DNA of 64,000 nucleotides, taken from positions 60,959 to 124,958 of the forward strand of contig CAYJMN010000002.1 in the NCBI GenBank assembly GCA_964371045.1, in the 5' to 3' direction. Below are positions 41,063-49,344 of the stretch, in pieces (within the stretch, counting starts at the first letter, position 1; each line of letters opens with the position of its first letter). Origin of the DNA: an uncultured Chromatiales bacterium. GTDB taxonomy: Bacteria; Bacteroidota; Ignavibacteria; SZUA-365. A program made the position numbers and the translations under genes. The notes under the pieces were generated by a model. It was not told the origin of the DNA. It saw only the letters and a program-made list of their open reading frames with translations, and did not search any database.

Positions 41063-41659
41063 ATGCTTAGCACCTCTCCTGCGCTCGATGCCTTGATTAC
41101 CGAGTTCTCACGTTTGCCAGGTATTGGACGAAAAACCGCCCAGCGCCTGGCTCTCCATGTGTTGAAACTCACCCATGACGAGGTTGAACGCATGGCCCGA
41201 TCGCTCCTCGAAGTGAAGGAGCGCATCCGTACCTGCTCCATCTGCTGCAACATCACGGAAGACGATCCCTGCGTCATCTGTTCAGGCAGTAAACGCGACC
41301 GGAGCTGTATCTGTGTGGTCGAGGAATCCAACGACGTTTTCGCCATAGAGCGCTCCAATGAATTTCGAGGACTCTATCATGTTCTCGGGGGAAGCCTGTC
41401 TCCCCTTGAGGGAATAGGTCCCGAGGATCTGCGCATCAGGGAGTTGCTTGATCGTGCGCGGAGCGACGTGACGGAGATCATTCTCGCAATGAATCCGAAT
41501 GTCGAAGGTGAGGCCACGACGCTCTATCTTTCTCGTCTGCTTAAACCGCTTGGTATCCGTATTTCTCGCATCGCGCGCGGGATGCCCATGGGGAGCGACC
41601 TCGAATTTACGGACTCGGCGACCATCTCACGGGCCTTTGAAGGCCGCATTTCCCTGTGA
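41063..41659 (+). CDS. recR: recombination protein RecR
   Basis: HhH N-terminus (LPGIGRKTAQRLA), C4 zinc finger (CSICCNITEDDPCVICS), and a Toprim domain with Walker-B-like VVEESNDVFAIE. Confidence 0.95.
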   Translation: MLSTSPALDALITEFSRLPGIGRKTAQRLALHVLKLTHDEVERMARSLLEVKERIRTCSICCNITEDDPCVICSGSKRDRSCICVVEESNDVFAIERSNEFRGLYHVLGGSLSPLEGIGPEDLRIRELLDRARSDVTEIILAMNPNVEGEATTLYLSRLLKPLGIRISRIARGMPMGSDLEFTDSATISRAFEGRISL

Positions 41660-41668
41660 TCCACAGAC

Positions 41669-42403
41669 ATGCCCTGGTTCGCACACTGGTTCGCCGATGA
41701 GTTTTATATGCGTCTCTATGCGCATCGTGACCCGGAAGAAGCACGGCTTGCGATCGATCTTTTCCAACGGATAACAGGATTGAGCCACGACGAGGCGCCC
41801 GTCCTTGATCTGGCCTGTGGAACGGGCCGCCATGCTTTTGAACTTGCACGCCGCGGGTATCGCGTTTTTGCCGCCGACCTTTCGCCCACACTTCTGGCGG
41901 ACGCCCAACGAAAAACACGGAAATTTTCCGCCTCGCTCAAACTCATCCGCACGGATATGCGTCATTTGCCCTTTTGCAGGAATTTCAGCGCCGTGCTGCA
42001 GTTGTTCACGGCGTTCGGTTACTTCCGACGCGACGAGGAGAATATGGCCGTCGTCGGGGAGGTGCGTGGGACGCTGCATCCTGGCGGATGGTATATGCTG
42101 GATTATTTCAATGCCAGTGAAGTACTTCGTTCGCTCCAGCCCTATACTAGCCAGATACTCTCGGGGGCGACTGTCGAGCAGGAGCGCTGGATCGCGGAAG
42201 ACCGTGTTGAGAAACGGATCACGGTGAGTCAGAACAATCAGGTACGAGAATTCAGAGAATCCGTCCGATTGTTTACCCTCGATGATTTTAAGCGTATGTT
42301 CCCTATGTATGGATTTTCTCTTGAGCATGTCTGCGGCGACTATCTCGGCAATCCATACGAAGAACGATCGCCGCGCTGTCTGATGTTTGCGCGAGTATCA
42401 TGA
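41669..42403 (+). CDS. class I SAM-dependent methyltransferase
   Basis: Motif I VLDLACGTGRHAFELARRGYRVFAADLS. 244 aa. The stop overlaps the next start (ATGA). Confidence 0.8.
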   Translation: MPWFAHWFADEFYMRLYAHRDPEEARLAIDLFQRITGLSHDEAPVLDLACGTGRHAFELARRGYRVFAADLSPTLLADAQRKTRKFSASLKLIRTDMRHLPFCRNFSAVLQLFTAFGYFRRDEENMAVVGEVRGTLHPGGWYMLDYFNASEVLRSLQPYTSQILSGATVEQERWIAEDRVEKRITVSQNNQVREFRESVRLFTLDDFKRMFPMYGFSLEHVCGDYLGNPYEERSPRCLMFARVS

Positions 42404-43005
42404 AATTATTCCAACCCGGAATTCGCATCCTGTTCTGCACGTGGGTCCTGACCGGTTGTATCCTGCAGGGCTGCGACTTATTCGACACACGTGATCCCGA
42501 GCCCCCGGCCTCGGGCAGTTCAAAGTTCGTGCCGCCCACTTCTCCGGACCTTGTGCTGAGCAATCTTGAGTCCGCCGTGGGTGAAAAGAATACCGAGAAT
42601 TATATCCGCTGTCTCGTCGACACCCTCAATTCCTCCCAGCGCTTTCTTTTTATTCCTTCCGCCGCCGCCGCCGGAAGATATACGGCCACGTTCAGCACAT
42701 GGTCCTTGCAAGCGGAACGATCGTATTTCTCGGCGCTCAAGACGTTTACCGGAGCATCGGGAGCATCGAGTCTTCATCTTACGGGATCCTTCTCCATTCT
42801 TTCCACGGATTCCGCAGTGTACGAAGGCAGGTACGATCTCCTTTTCAGGCATGGCGTATCCGGAGTGGCGGAGAATGTGAGTGGTACGGTTCAATTCGTC
42901 CTGCATGCCGATCGTGGCTCCATCTGGAGCATCTCACGGTGGACGGACATTCCTGTCGCCGATCAAACGAGTTGGAGCGAATGGAAAGGTCGATTTGCAA
43001 ACTGA
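42400..43005 (+). CDS. lipoprotein, first of a tandem paralogue pair
   Basis: Lipobox LTGC. Start ATG overlaps the methyltransferase stop (ATGA). Confidence 0.6.
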   Translation: MKLFQPGIRILFCTWVLTGCILQGCDLFDTRDPEPPASGSSKFVPPTSPDLVLSNLESAVGEKNTENYIRCLVDTLNSSQRFLFIPSAAAAGRYTATFSTWSLQAERSYFSALKTFTGASGASSLHLTGSFSILSTDSAVYEGRYDLLFRHGVSGVAENVSGTVQFVLHADRGSIWSISRWTDIPVADQTSWSEWKGRFAN

Positions 43006-43499
43006 TCCTTCCGGTATTGATGCTCCTTGCTCTGCTTGGGGGATGCAATCCGTTCGCGCCGGCACTGGAAAACTCGGCACCGACCGATGAAAATTTCATC
43101 TCCGATCAAACGACCATCGAAGGTCTGTTCAGTAATTTCCGCTACGCGTACACCTTCAAGGACACGACGATCTACGGTGGGTTGCTCGATCCCGCCTTCG
43201 TGTTCACCTACCGGGATTATGACAAACTGATCGACGAAAGCTGGGGAAGGGACGAGGAAATGCGAATTACACTGCAGCTGTTCCAGAATGCTCAGAGTTT
43301 GAACCTCGTGTGGAACAACATCGCCGGTTTTTCGGGCGATTCGTTGTACAGCAGCGTCACCCGCAGTTTCAACCTCTCCGTCACGTTCAATGCAAACGAT
43401 ATCGTCCGTGTCGACGGTAAGGTACGTCTCGATTTACGCAGGGAAAGGGGGACGGACCCCTGGCGAATCGCCTTATGGAAAGACGAATCCAATTACTGA
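42981..43499 (+). CDS. lipoprotein, second of a tandem paralogue pair
   Basis: Lipobox LLGGC at the internal Met (42981). Overlaps the end of the upstream lipoprotein by 25 nt. Motifs align loosely with the upstream copy (P-T-x-x-x...Y/F-x-x-x-L-x-D and a C-terminal W-rich end). Confidence 0.6.
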   Translation: MERSICKLILPVLMLLALLGGCNPFAPALENSAPTDENFISDQTTIEGLFSNFRYAYTFKDTTIYGGLLDPAFVFTYRDYDKLIDESWGRDEEMRITLQLFQNAQSLNLVWNNIAGFSGDSLYSSVTRSFNLSVTFNANDIVRVDGKVRLDLRRERGTDPWRIALWKDESNY

Positions 43500-43659
43500 C
43501 CCCTTTCGAGAGTGAACATTTTTCACTCGCTGTTCCCCATTTTCACAGCAAATGAATTCTATTGGCTCGAAATCTCCAATTTTCGAGGGTAATAATTGGC
43601 CCACTTTTTGCTCTTTCTGGTTTACACCTGAGGTTCACTTCTTTTTATAGAGGTTAAAG

Positions 43660-43836
43660 ATGGTCGGACAGCAAATGATAACCGAAGCACGCGCCAGAAG
43701 GATAGGATCGGAGCGGATTGCGGTACTTCATCTTGATCAGCACCATCGGCCGGAGAGCTTTCATGTGCATTCCTTCCTGCTGAATTTTCTACGTCCGATA
43801 TCGGATTTTTTCGATCGATTTCGCCTCCACCCCTGA
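43660..43836 (+). CDS. candidate small ORF (58 aa), not in the ORF track
   Basis: ATG at 43660 is preceded by GAGGT at -8. Translation MVGQQMITEARARRIGSERIAVLHLDQHHRPESFHVHSFLLNFLRPISDFFDRFRLHP. Followed 28 nt later by a very stable UUCG-capped hairpin. This is weak evidence for a real small protein; it could equally be a non-coding leader. Confidence 0.25.
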   Translation: MVGQQMITEARARRIGSERIAVLHLDQHHRPESFHVHSFLLNFLRPISDFFDRFRLHP

Positions 43837-43863
43837 CGCTCATCCATTCCCCGCATAAAATGT

Positions 43864-43885
43864 GAACACCCCTTCGGGGGTGTTC
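43864..43885 (+). other. stable UUCG-tetraloop hairpin (GAACACCCC-UUCG-GGGGUGUUC) in a 540-bp non-coding gap
   Basis: 9-bp perfect GC-rich stem with a UUCG loop, read directly from the sequence. No U-tract follows on the + strand; on the - strand an A/T-rich tract follows. Possible processing or stability element, or a U-tract-less terminator. Confidence 0.4.
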
Positions 43886-44041
43886 GCATTTCTGATCCGC
43901 GGTATCTTCATTTTACTCCTTTCGCGGTGAACCGAACAATAACGGTCTTTTCGATGTCCATTTTCTTTCCCCTTGTGTCGTGAAGCGGACAGGTATATTT
44001 TTACCTGTTCGTCGCACACAGATTTCAGTATTGGGGGCATC

Positions 44042-44428
44042 ATGGACAAGGAACTGGACGATTTTTTCGAGGGTTATGATCTCACCGGAGCGCAAGATGA
44101 AAGTACCTATCGCCGGCAATCTCACACCGTAACTGAACAATTCGAAAACAAACTGAAGCGTGCAGGTCACAAACTGCGCTTCGCTCAGGATCTGCTCGCC
44201 CTTTTCAGGTACTTTATGGATGAAAACGTAGCGTGGCAGAAGAAAGTCGTTGTTGTAACCGCCTTGTTGTACTTTATTTCTCCGCTCGATGGCATCCCCG
44301 ATATCGCACCCTTGGTGGGATATCTCGACGATTTTGGCGTCATCCTTGCCGTCACCAAATTTATGTCCACGGAACTTGAACCGTACTATCCGGTCGAAAT
44401 TCCGCGTGAGTACAGGGCGCAGGCGTAA
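44042..44428 (+). CDS. DUF1232 (YkvA-like) small membrane protein
   Basis: Start at the internal Met (MDKELDDFFEGY). Carries the characteristic DUF1232 core ...VVVVTALLYFISPLDGIPDIAPLVGYLDDFGVILAVTKF.... An imperfect hairpin with an AT-rich loop (ACAGGTATATTTTTACCTGT) sits about 40 bp upstream. Confidence 0.7.
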   Translation: MDKELDDFFEGYDLTGAQDESTYRRQSHTVTEQFENKLKRAGHKLRFAQDLLALFRYFMDENVAWQKKVVVVTALLYFISPLDGIPDIAPLVGYLDDFGVILAVTKFMSTELEPYYPVEIPREYRAQA

Positions 44429-44747
44429 CTTCCAGCAGATGTTGGAACCGGTCCGGACCACGCCGCCGGGAATTCGGCTTTGTCCGGAATTGACGTATGG
44501 CCTTGTACCATAAACTTCGCATGAAGAATCGTCCGTCGCGCCCGGATACACGAGCGTTTACCTGTTCCAGGAAAATCGAATCGATATAAACAAGCCGTTC
44601 ATGGGAATCATGTGAGACGGCACTTTCGGGGAATGCGCGACGAACATACAAGCCAGGCGACCACCCGGGTAGCCTTATGAACAGTCGAATCCGACATCAT
44701 CAATGAACGACCCTTCGAGGAGACAACACTCCAATTCATACCATACC

Positions 44748-44765
44748 GGCAGGGAATTCCCTGCC
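44748..44765. promoter_or_regulatory. perfect 18-bp palindrome GGCAGGGAATTCCCTGCC about 30 bp upstream of recQ (candidate operator)
   Basis: Read directly from the sequence: 9-bp arms with no spacer. It sits between the presumptive promoter and the AGGGAG Shine-Dalgarno of recQ. Confidence 0.3.
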
Positions 44766-44794
44766 TTCCACCTGTTCAATTAGGGAGCAACCGT

Positions 44795-47470
44795 ATGTCA
44801 CACATTCCAGCCTTCGAAGATGCTGTGCTGGCGTTGCAGCGTCACTTCGGCTATCCGGGTTTTCGTCCCGGCCAGGATCAAATTGTCCAGTCAATTCTCT
44901 CCGGCGTGGATACGCTGGCCATCATGCCGACGGGCGGTGGCAAATCAATCTGTTACCAGATCCCGGCGATTCTCAGGGACGGTTTGACAATCGTTGTATC
45001 GCCGTTGATTTCACTCATGCAGGATCAGGTTGCGGCGCTTGATCGTGTACGCATCCCCGCCACGTTCATCAATTCGGTGATCGACCACCGTGAACTTGTG
45101 GCGCGTTTGGAAAAAGCGCGCTCTGGATGGTACAAATTGATGTACGTCGCCCCCGAGCGCTTCGAAAGCCCAACCTTCATTCAGAGGATCAAAGGCGTGC
45201 GTATCAGCATGCTGGCTGTGGATGAGGCTCATTGCATCAGCGAGTGGGGGCACGATTTCCGGCCCAGCTATCAGAAACTCAAGGATGCGATCAAGGAACT
45301 CGGCCATCCCCAGGTTGTAGCACTCACGGCGACCGCCACGCCGGATGTGCGCCGTGATATTCAAACACAGCTCGCTCTTGAAAATCCGTCCATAATCGTC
45401 AGGGGTTTCGACAGACCGAATCTTTCCTTTCGCGTCATGCAAGGTGTGAACAAGCGCGACGAGATTTTCCGGATTTGCTCGAGCGGCGATTGCGGGATCG
45501 TGTACGCCGGGACGCGAAACAACGTCGAGGAACTTGCGATGTTGCTTCGGCAGCATGGAATCCCAGCGGAGCCATACCACGCAGGACTCGAATCGCAACA
45601 GCGCGCGCAGGTGCAGGAACGTTTCATGCGGGGCGACTCGCGTATCATAGTGGCAACAACCGCCTTCGGCATGGGTATCGACAAATCGAATGTGCGCTTC
45701 GTCATACATCACGATATGCCGGGCACACTTGAACAGTACTATCAGGAGGCGGGACGCGCGGGACGAGACGGCGAGGAAAGCACCTGTACGCTGCTCTACC
45801 ATCCAAAGGATCGCGGTTTACCGGAATTTTTTATCCGTAATACGTTTCCAGACAAAGCCGTGATCCAGCGGGTCTATGCTGAACTCCACCGGCTTGCAGG
45901 TACACAGTTAGGTCAGTCGTATCATGGATTGCTGGCGATGACGGCATCCGCGCTCGCCGACTCGATCGGAAGCGTAAGCGAATCCGCCGTTCGCGGGGCG
46001 CTGGATGTGCTCGAACGCGACGGCCATGTCCGGCGCATCAACGAGAGCTGGAGCGAGTCCACGGCCCAATTCCTGCTTGATCATGACACGATGCGAATGT
46101 GGCTACTGGAAACCGCGTCAGCAGTACAGCAGCCTGTCGCGATCGGACTTCTGCGCCACGCGGGAGCAGAGGCCTTTTTCGAACCCACTGCGGTCTTTCT
46201 TGATGAGTTGGCTTCGACGCTCGAAATCCCCGTGAGCGACCTGCTTCCTATCCTGAACGAATTGCATTCAATGCGCATCGTCGATTTCGTCCCTGGCCGC
46301 AAAGGTTCAGGTATCGCACTTCTCGGACAGCGCGTACCCGCACCGGATCTTCCCATCGATTACAGCGCGATCGAGCGCCGCATGAGACATCAGCTCGAGA
46401 AGCTGCACGCCATGGAGCGCTACATCACCGACTCCGCATGTCGACGCAACATGATTCTGCAATATTTTCAGGAAACCGACATTTCAGGAGTCTGCGGCAA
46501 GTGTGATGTATGCACTTCCACCGTTATCAGCATGGAGGAGAAACCCCTGCGGCACGCGATCGAGGAAGGGCGTCACCACATTCTGCACTGTGTAGCGGAG
46601 AGCGGTGGACGATTTGGTCGCCTGACAGTCGCGGACATCCTTCGCGGCGGAAAAACTCGTCGAATAACCGAATACCGTTTATTTAAAGCTGCGAGTTACG
46701 GGCGCCTCGGGCATTTTGATAAACAGGTTATTCTCGAAGCCATCGATACGTTGATCGGCATGGGCTGGCTCGCGAAGACCGACGGTGTGCGCCCATCCTT
46801 GTATATCACGGAAGCCGGACGTGGAGTTCTCGGATATAACGTCGTCCCTATGGATATCCCGACACCTGAAGAAGCTGCCGGGATCGAGGTTCGCGACCTT
46901 CCGCTGTACGAAGCCTTGCGTACCGCACGCCGACGCATAGCCGGAAGGCTCAACGTTCCGTCTCATCTTCTCGTGCCCGACCGCGTCCTCCGGACAATGG
47001 CCAATACACCACCGAAGTCGCGAGAGGATTGTCTGGCGATCGACGGCATGGGGCCGATCACGTTCCAGAAGTGTGGCCGCGAACTGCTTAGCGCTATCGA
47101 AGACCATCTACACGAACGGAAAGTGACCATGGCGATGAAAACGGATATCGCAGCATTGAAGGATTTGTCACCCGCCATTCGCGCAACGTGGGATTGCGCG
47201 GTCAGGGGTGGCGCACTCGCCGGCATTGCGGCACAGCGTAAACTCACGGACGGTACCGTATCCAATCACATCGCTGAACTGCTGTTACGCGGGATACAGC
47301 TCCCGATCGATTCGATCATTCCCCCGGAGCATCAAAAGGAGATTCGCGGAGCAGTGGTCAATCTGAGGGATACGAACCTGAAGCGCATCAAGGGAGTCGT
47401 GGATACGGCGATCACGTATGCGGAAATTCGTGTAGTCCTCGCGTTAATGGATAGGGAGAAACACGCATAG
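44795..47470 (+). CDS. recQ: ATP-dependent DNA helicase RecQ, long form with extra C-terminal domains
   Basis: Helicase motifs (PTGGGKSICYQ, DEAHCISEWGHDFRP, VVALTATAT), RQC zinc motif (CRRNMILQYF...CGKCDVCTS), and an HRDC-like segment (LYEALRTARRRIAGRLNVPSHLLVPDRVLRTMAN). A further ~110-aa C-terminal extension makes it 891 aa, against ~600-730 aa for typical RecQ. An SD AGGGAG sits 8 nt upstream of the ATG. Confidence 0.9.
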   Translation: MSHIPAFEDAVLALQRHFGYPGFRPGQDQIVQSILSGVDTLAIMPTGGGKSICYQIPAILRDGLTIVVSPLISLMQDQVAALDRVRIPATFINSVIDHRELVARLEKARSGWYKLMYVAPERFESPTFIQRIKGVRISMLAVDEAHCISEWGHDFRPSYQKLKDAIKELGHPQVVALTATATPDVRRDIQTQLALENPSIIVRGFDRPNLSFRVMQGVNKRDEIFRICSSGDCGIVYAGTRNNVEELAMLLRQHGIPAEPYHAGLESQQRAQVQERFMRGDSRIIVATTAFGMGIDKSNVRFVIHHDMPGTLEQYYQEAGRAGRDGEESTCTLLYHPKDRGLPEFFIRNTFPDKAVIQRVYAELHRLAGTQLGQSYHGLLAMTASALADSIGSVSESAVRGALDVLERDGHVRRINESWSESTAQFLLDHDTMRMWLLETASAVQQPVAIGLLRHAGAEAFFEPTAVFLDELASTLEIPVSDLLPILNELHSMRIVDFVPGRKGSGIALLGQRVPAPDLPIDYSAIERRMRHQLEKLHAMERYITDSACRRNMILQYFQETDISGVCGKCDVCTSTVISMEEKPLRHAIEEGRHHILHCVAESGGRFGRLTVADILRGGKTRRITEYRLFKAASYGRLGHFDKQVILEAIDTLIGMGWLAKTDGVRPSLYITEAGRGVLGYNVVPMDIPTPEEAAGIEVRDLPLYEALRTARRRIAGRLNVPSHLLVPDRVLRTMANTPPKSREDCLAIDGMGPITFQKCGRELLSAIEDHLHERKVTMAMKTDIAALKDLSPAIRATWDCAVRGGALAGIAAQRKLTDGTVSNHIAELLLRGIQLPIDSIIPPEHQKEIRGAVVNLRDTNLKRIKGVVDTAITYAEIRVVLALMDREKHA

Positions 47471-47520
47471 CTGCAACCTGCGCGAAGCGGGACACGCTAT
47501 CGACACGTCAGGTCGCGACG

Positions 47521-49338
47521 CTAGCCATCGGTACCGTAATCCGACTCTGGCACGGGCAATCCTTCCAGTCGCATAATTACGAGTGCGTTTGTCGTAGGAC
47601 AGGGGCCTGCCCGCAGCACGTAGTCGAATATCATCCGATTCTCGACAATATGTTCGCGGAAGTGCATGTTTCGAGCACCCTCCACCGTATCCACGACGCT
47701 CGTGAGTTCGATGTCATGCGTCGAAATCATACCGGTCGCATTGCGCCGCGCCAGCTCCTGAATAAAGGCCACTCCACCGATATGGCGCTCCGTGGTATTC
47801 GTGCCGCGAAACATCTCGTCGATGAGGAACACCACCGGCCGTCGATCCTTCTCACCCAGCATGGTAAGGAGACGACGAAGACGGCGCACTTCGGCATAGA
47901 AATATGAAACTCCGTCGCGGAGAGAATCGCTGATGTGAATGCAGGTGAACAGCCGTGCATGAGCTAACTCCACGCGCCGCGCATCCACCGGCCCGCCCGC
48001 GAACGCAAGCGCCGCAGTGATTCCCACCGTGCGAAGCATTGTGCTTTTACCGGACATATTTGAACCGGTGATCAGCAATACATCGCGTTCCGCTGAGAGG
48101 GATACATCGTTGCGCACACGTGACCGCCACGGCAGAAGGGGATGTCCGAGTGCTTCTGCCCGTAGCACATCTTTGCCTTCATCGGATTGATGCAGGACGG
48201 GGAAGGTCGTATCGGGGAACAGCCACGCATAGTTCGCCAACGACTGCAGCGCCTCGATCTTGTGCATCGCCTCCAACCACTCTGGCACAATCCTGGAAAG
48301 CTCGAGGCGTTTTTTTTCAAGCCTGCGCGCGAAGACGAAATCCCATGGGAATGCGATGTTCAACAACACCATCATGACGGGATTCATGCTCAAACCGGCC
48401 GCAATCACGTCGAGACGCACACTCCGGATATGCCGGGATGGCCGCCGGTGAGCAGCACGAAACGATACAAGCAGCGAGATCAACGCCTTGTTGCCGCGGG
48501 AAGGATACCTTTCAAGAAAACGGAAAACGACATGCAATTTCCCAAGTTCGTCATCAAGCCGAACAGCTGTATCGATAAAAACGTCACGGATACTCGAATA
48601 CCGAAGGTACAGGGCTGCATACACGAGCAGTCCGAAAAAAAAATACGGTGGCAACAGTCCGGATCCGTAGGCTGCGAACAATGCGATATTTATTGCAGCC
48701 AAAGCGATCGAAGCGGGGAGCACCCAACGCATCGCGGAGGAGGCGCCCGCATGCATCAGCCAGTCGGTGAAGGCGGCGCCATCGAGTCTGTCTTTGGAAA
48801 CAAGTGCGAACTCCAGCAGCAGACGTTCACGAAAATGCGCTGCCGGAACAAGCGCACGTACGAGCGTCTGGCGTTCCACAATTTCGGCGAACGAAGAACT
48901 CGCATCCGCAAGCCACGAAGCGAGTTTGTTGCTCCCCTCGCGGGATACGCTGATATCCAGAAATCGCAGCAGGCCGTTCGAGCCGAAGAGATCGAGATCA
49001 CCGGCGAAGGGATGATCGTTTGCGACATCTACATCCTGCGCCGGCGGGAGTGAATCCCAATCGAGAGCGATGCGCGCGCGCTGCTCTCTCCGAACGCGTA
49101 GCAATGCATCCGTTCGAGCGATCCCGCGGTCGATGCGGCTATGCATAATGGCGACGGCAACGAATGCCAGAACCGCAGCGGCGGCGACAGATACACGCAG
49201 CGCGTCATGCACCGGCACAGCGGCGGCGGCGGCGAAAATGAGAACGAGCCCCACGCGAAATCGATAGCACATGGTGCTGCGCCGTTTCAGCGCGGCACGC
49301 CAACTGAATAATCGATCGTCGGGAGTTTGCAAAGTCAT
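47521..49338 (-). CDS. membrane-anchored MutS-family ATPase (MutS domain V only; lacks mismatch-recognition domains)
   Basis: Several TM helices in the N-terminal half. The C-terminal MutS ABC-ATPase has Walker A GSNMSGKST, the signature STHD, and Walker B VFLIDEMFRGT. There are no MutS domain I-IV sequences. Confidence 0.8.
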   Translation of the reverse strand: MTLQTPDDRLFSWRAALKRRSTMCYRFRVGLVLIFAAAAAVPVHDALRVSVAAAAVLAFVAVAIMHSRIDRGIARTDALLRVRREQRARIALDWDSLPPAQDVDVANDHPFAGDLDLFGSNGLLRFLDISVSREGSNKLASWLADASSSFAEIVERQTLVRALVPAAHFRERLLLEFALVSKDRLDGAAFTDWLMHAGASSAMRWVLPASIALAAINIALFAAYGSGLLPPYFFFGLLVYAALYLRYSSIRDVFIDTAVRLDDELGKLHVVFRFLERYPSRGNKALISLLVSFRAAHRRPSRHIRSVRLDVIAAGLSMNPVMMVLLNIAFPWDFVFARRLEKKRLELSRIVPEWLEAMHKIEALQSLANYAWLFPDTTFPVLHQSDEGKDVLRAEALGHPLLPWRSRVRNDVSLSAERDVLLITGSNMSGKSTMLRTVGITAALAFAGGPVDARRVELAHARLFTCIHISDSLRDGVSYFYAEVRRLRRLLTMLGEKDRRPVVFLIDEMFRGTNTTERHIGGVAFIQELARRNATGMISTHDIELTSVVDTVEGARNMHFREHIVENRMIFDYVLRAGPCPTTNALVIMRLEGLPVPESDYGTDG

Positions 49339-49344
49339 CAGCCG

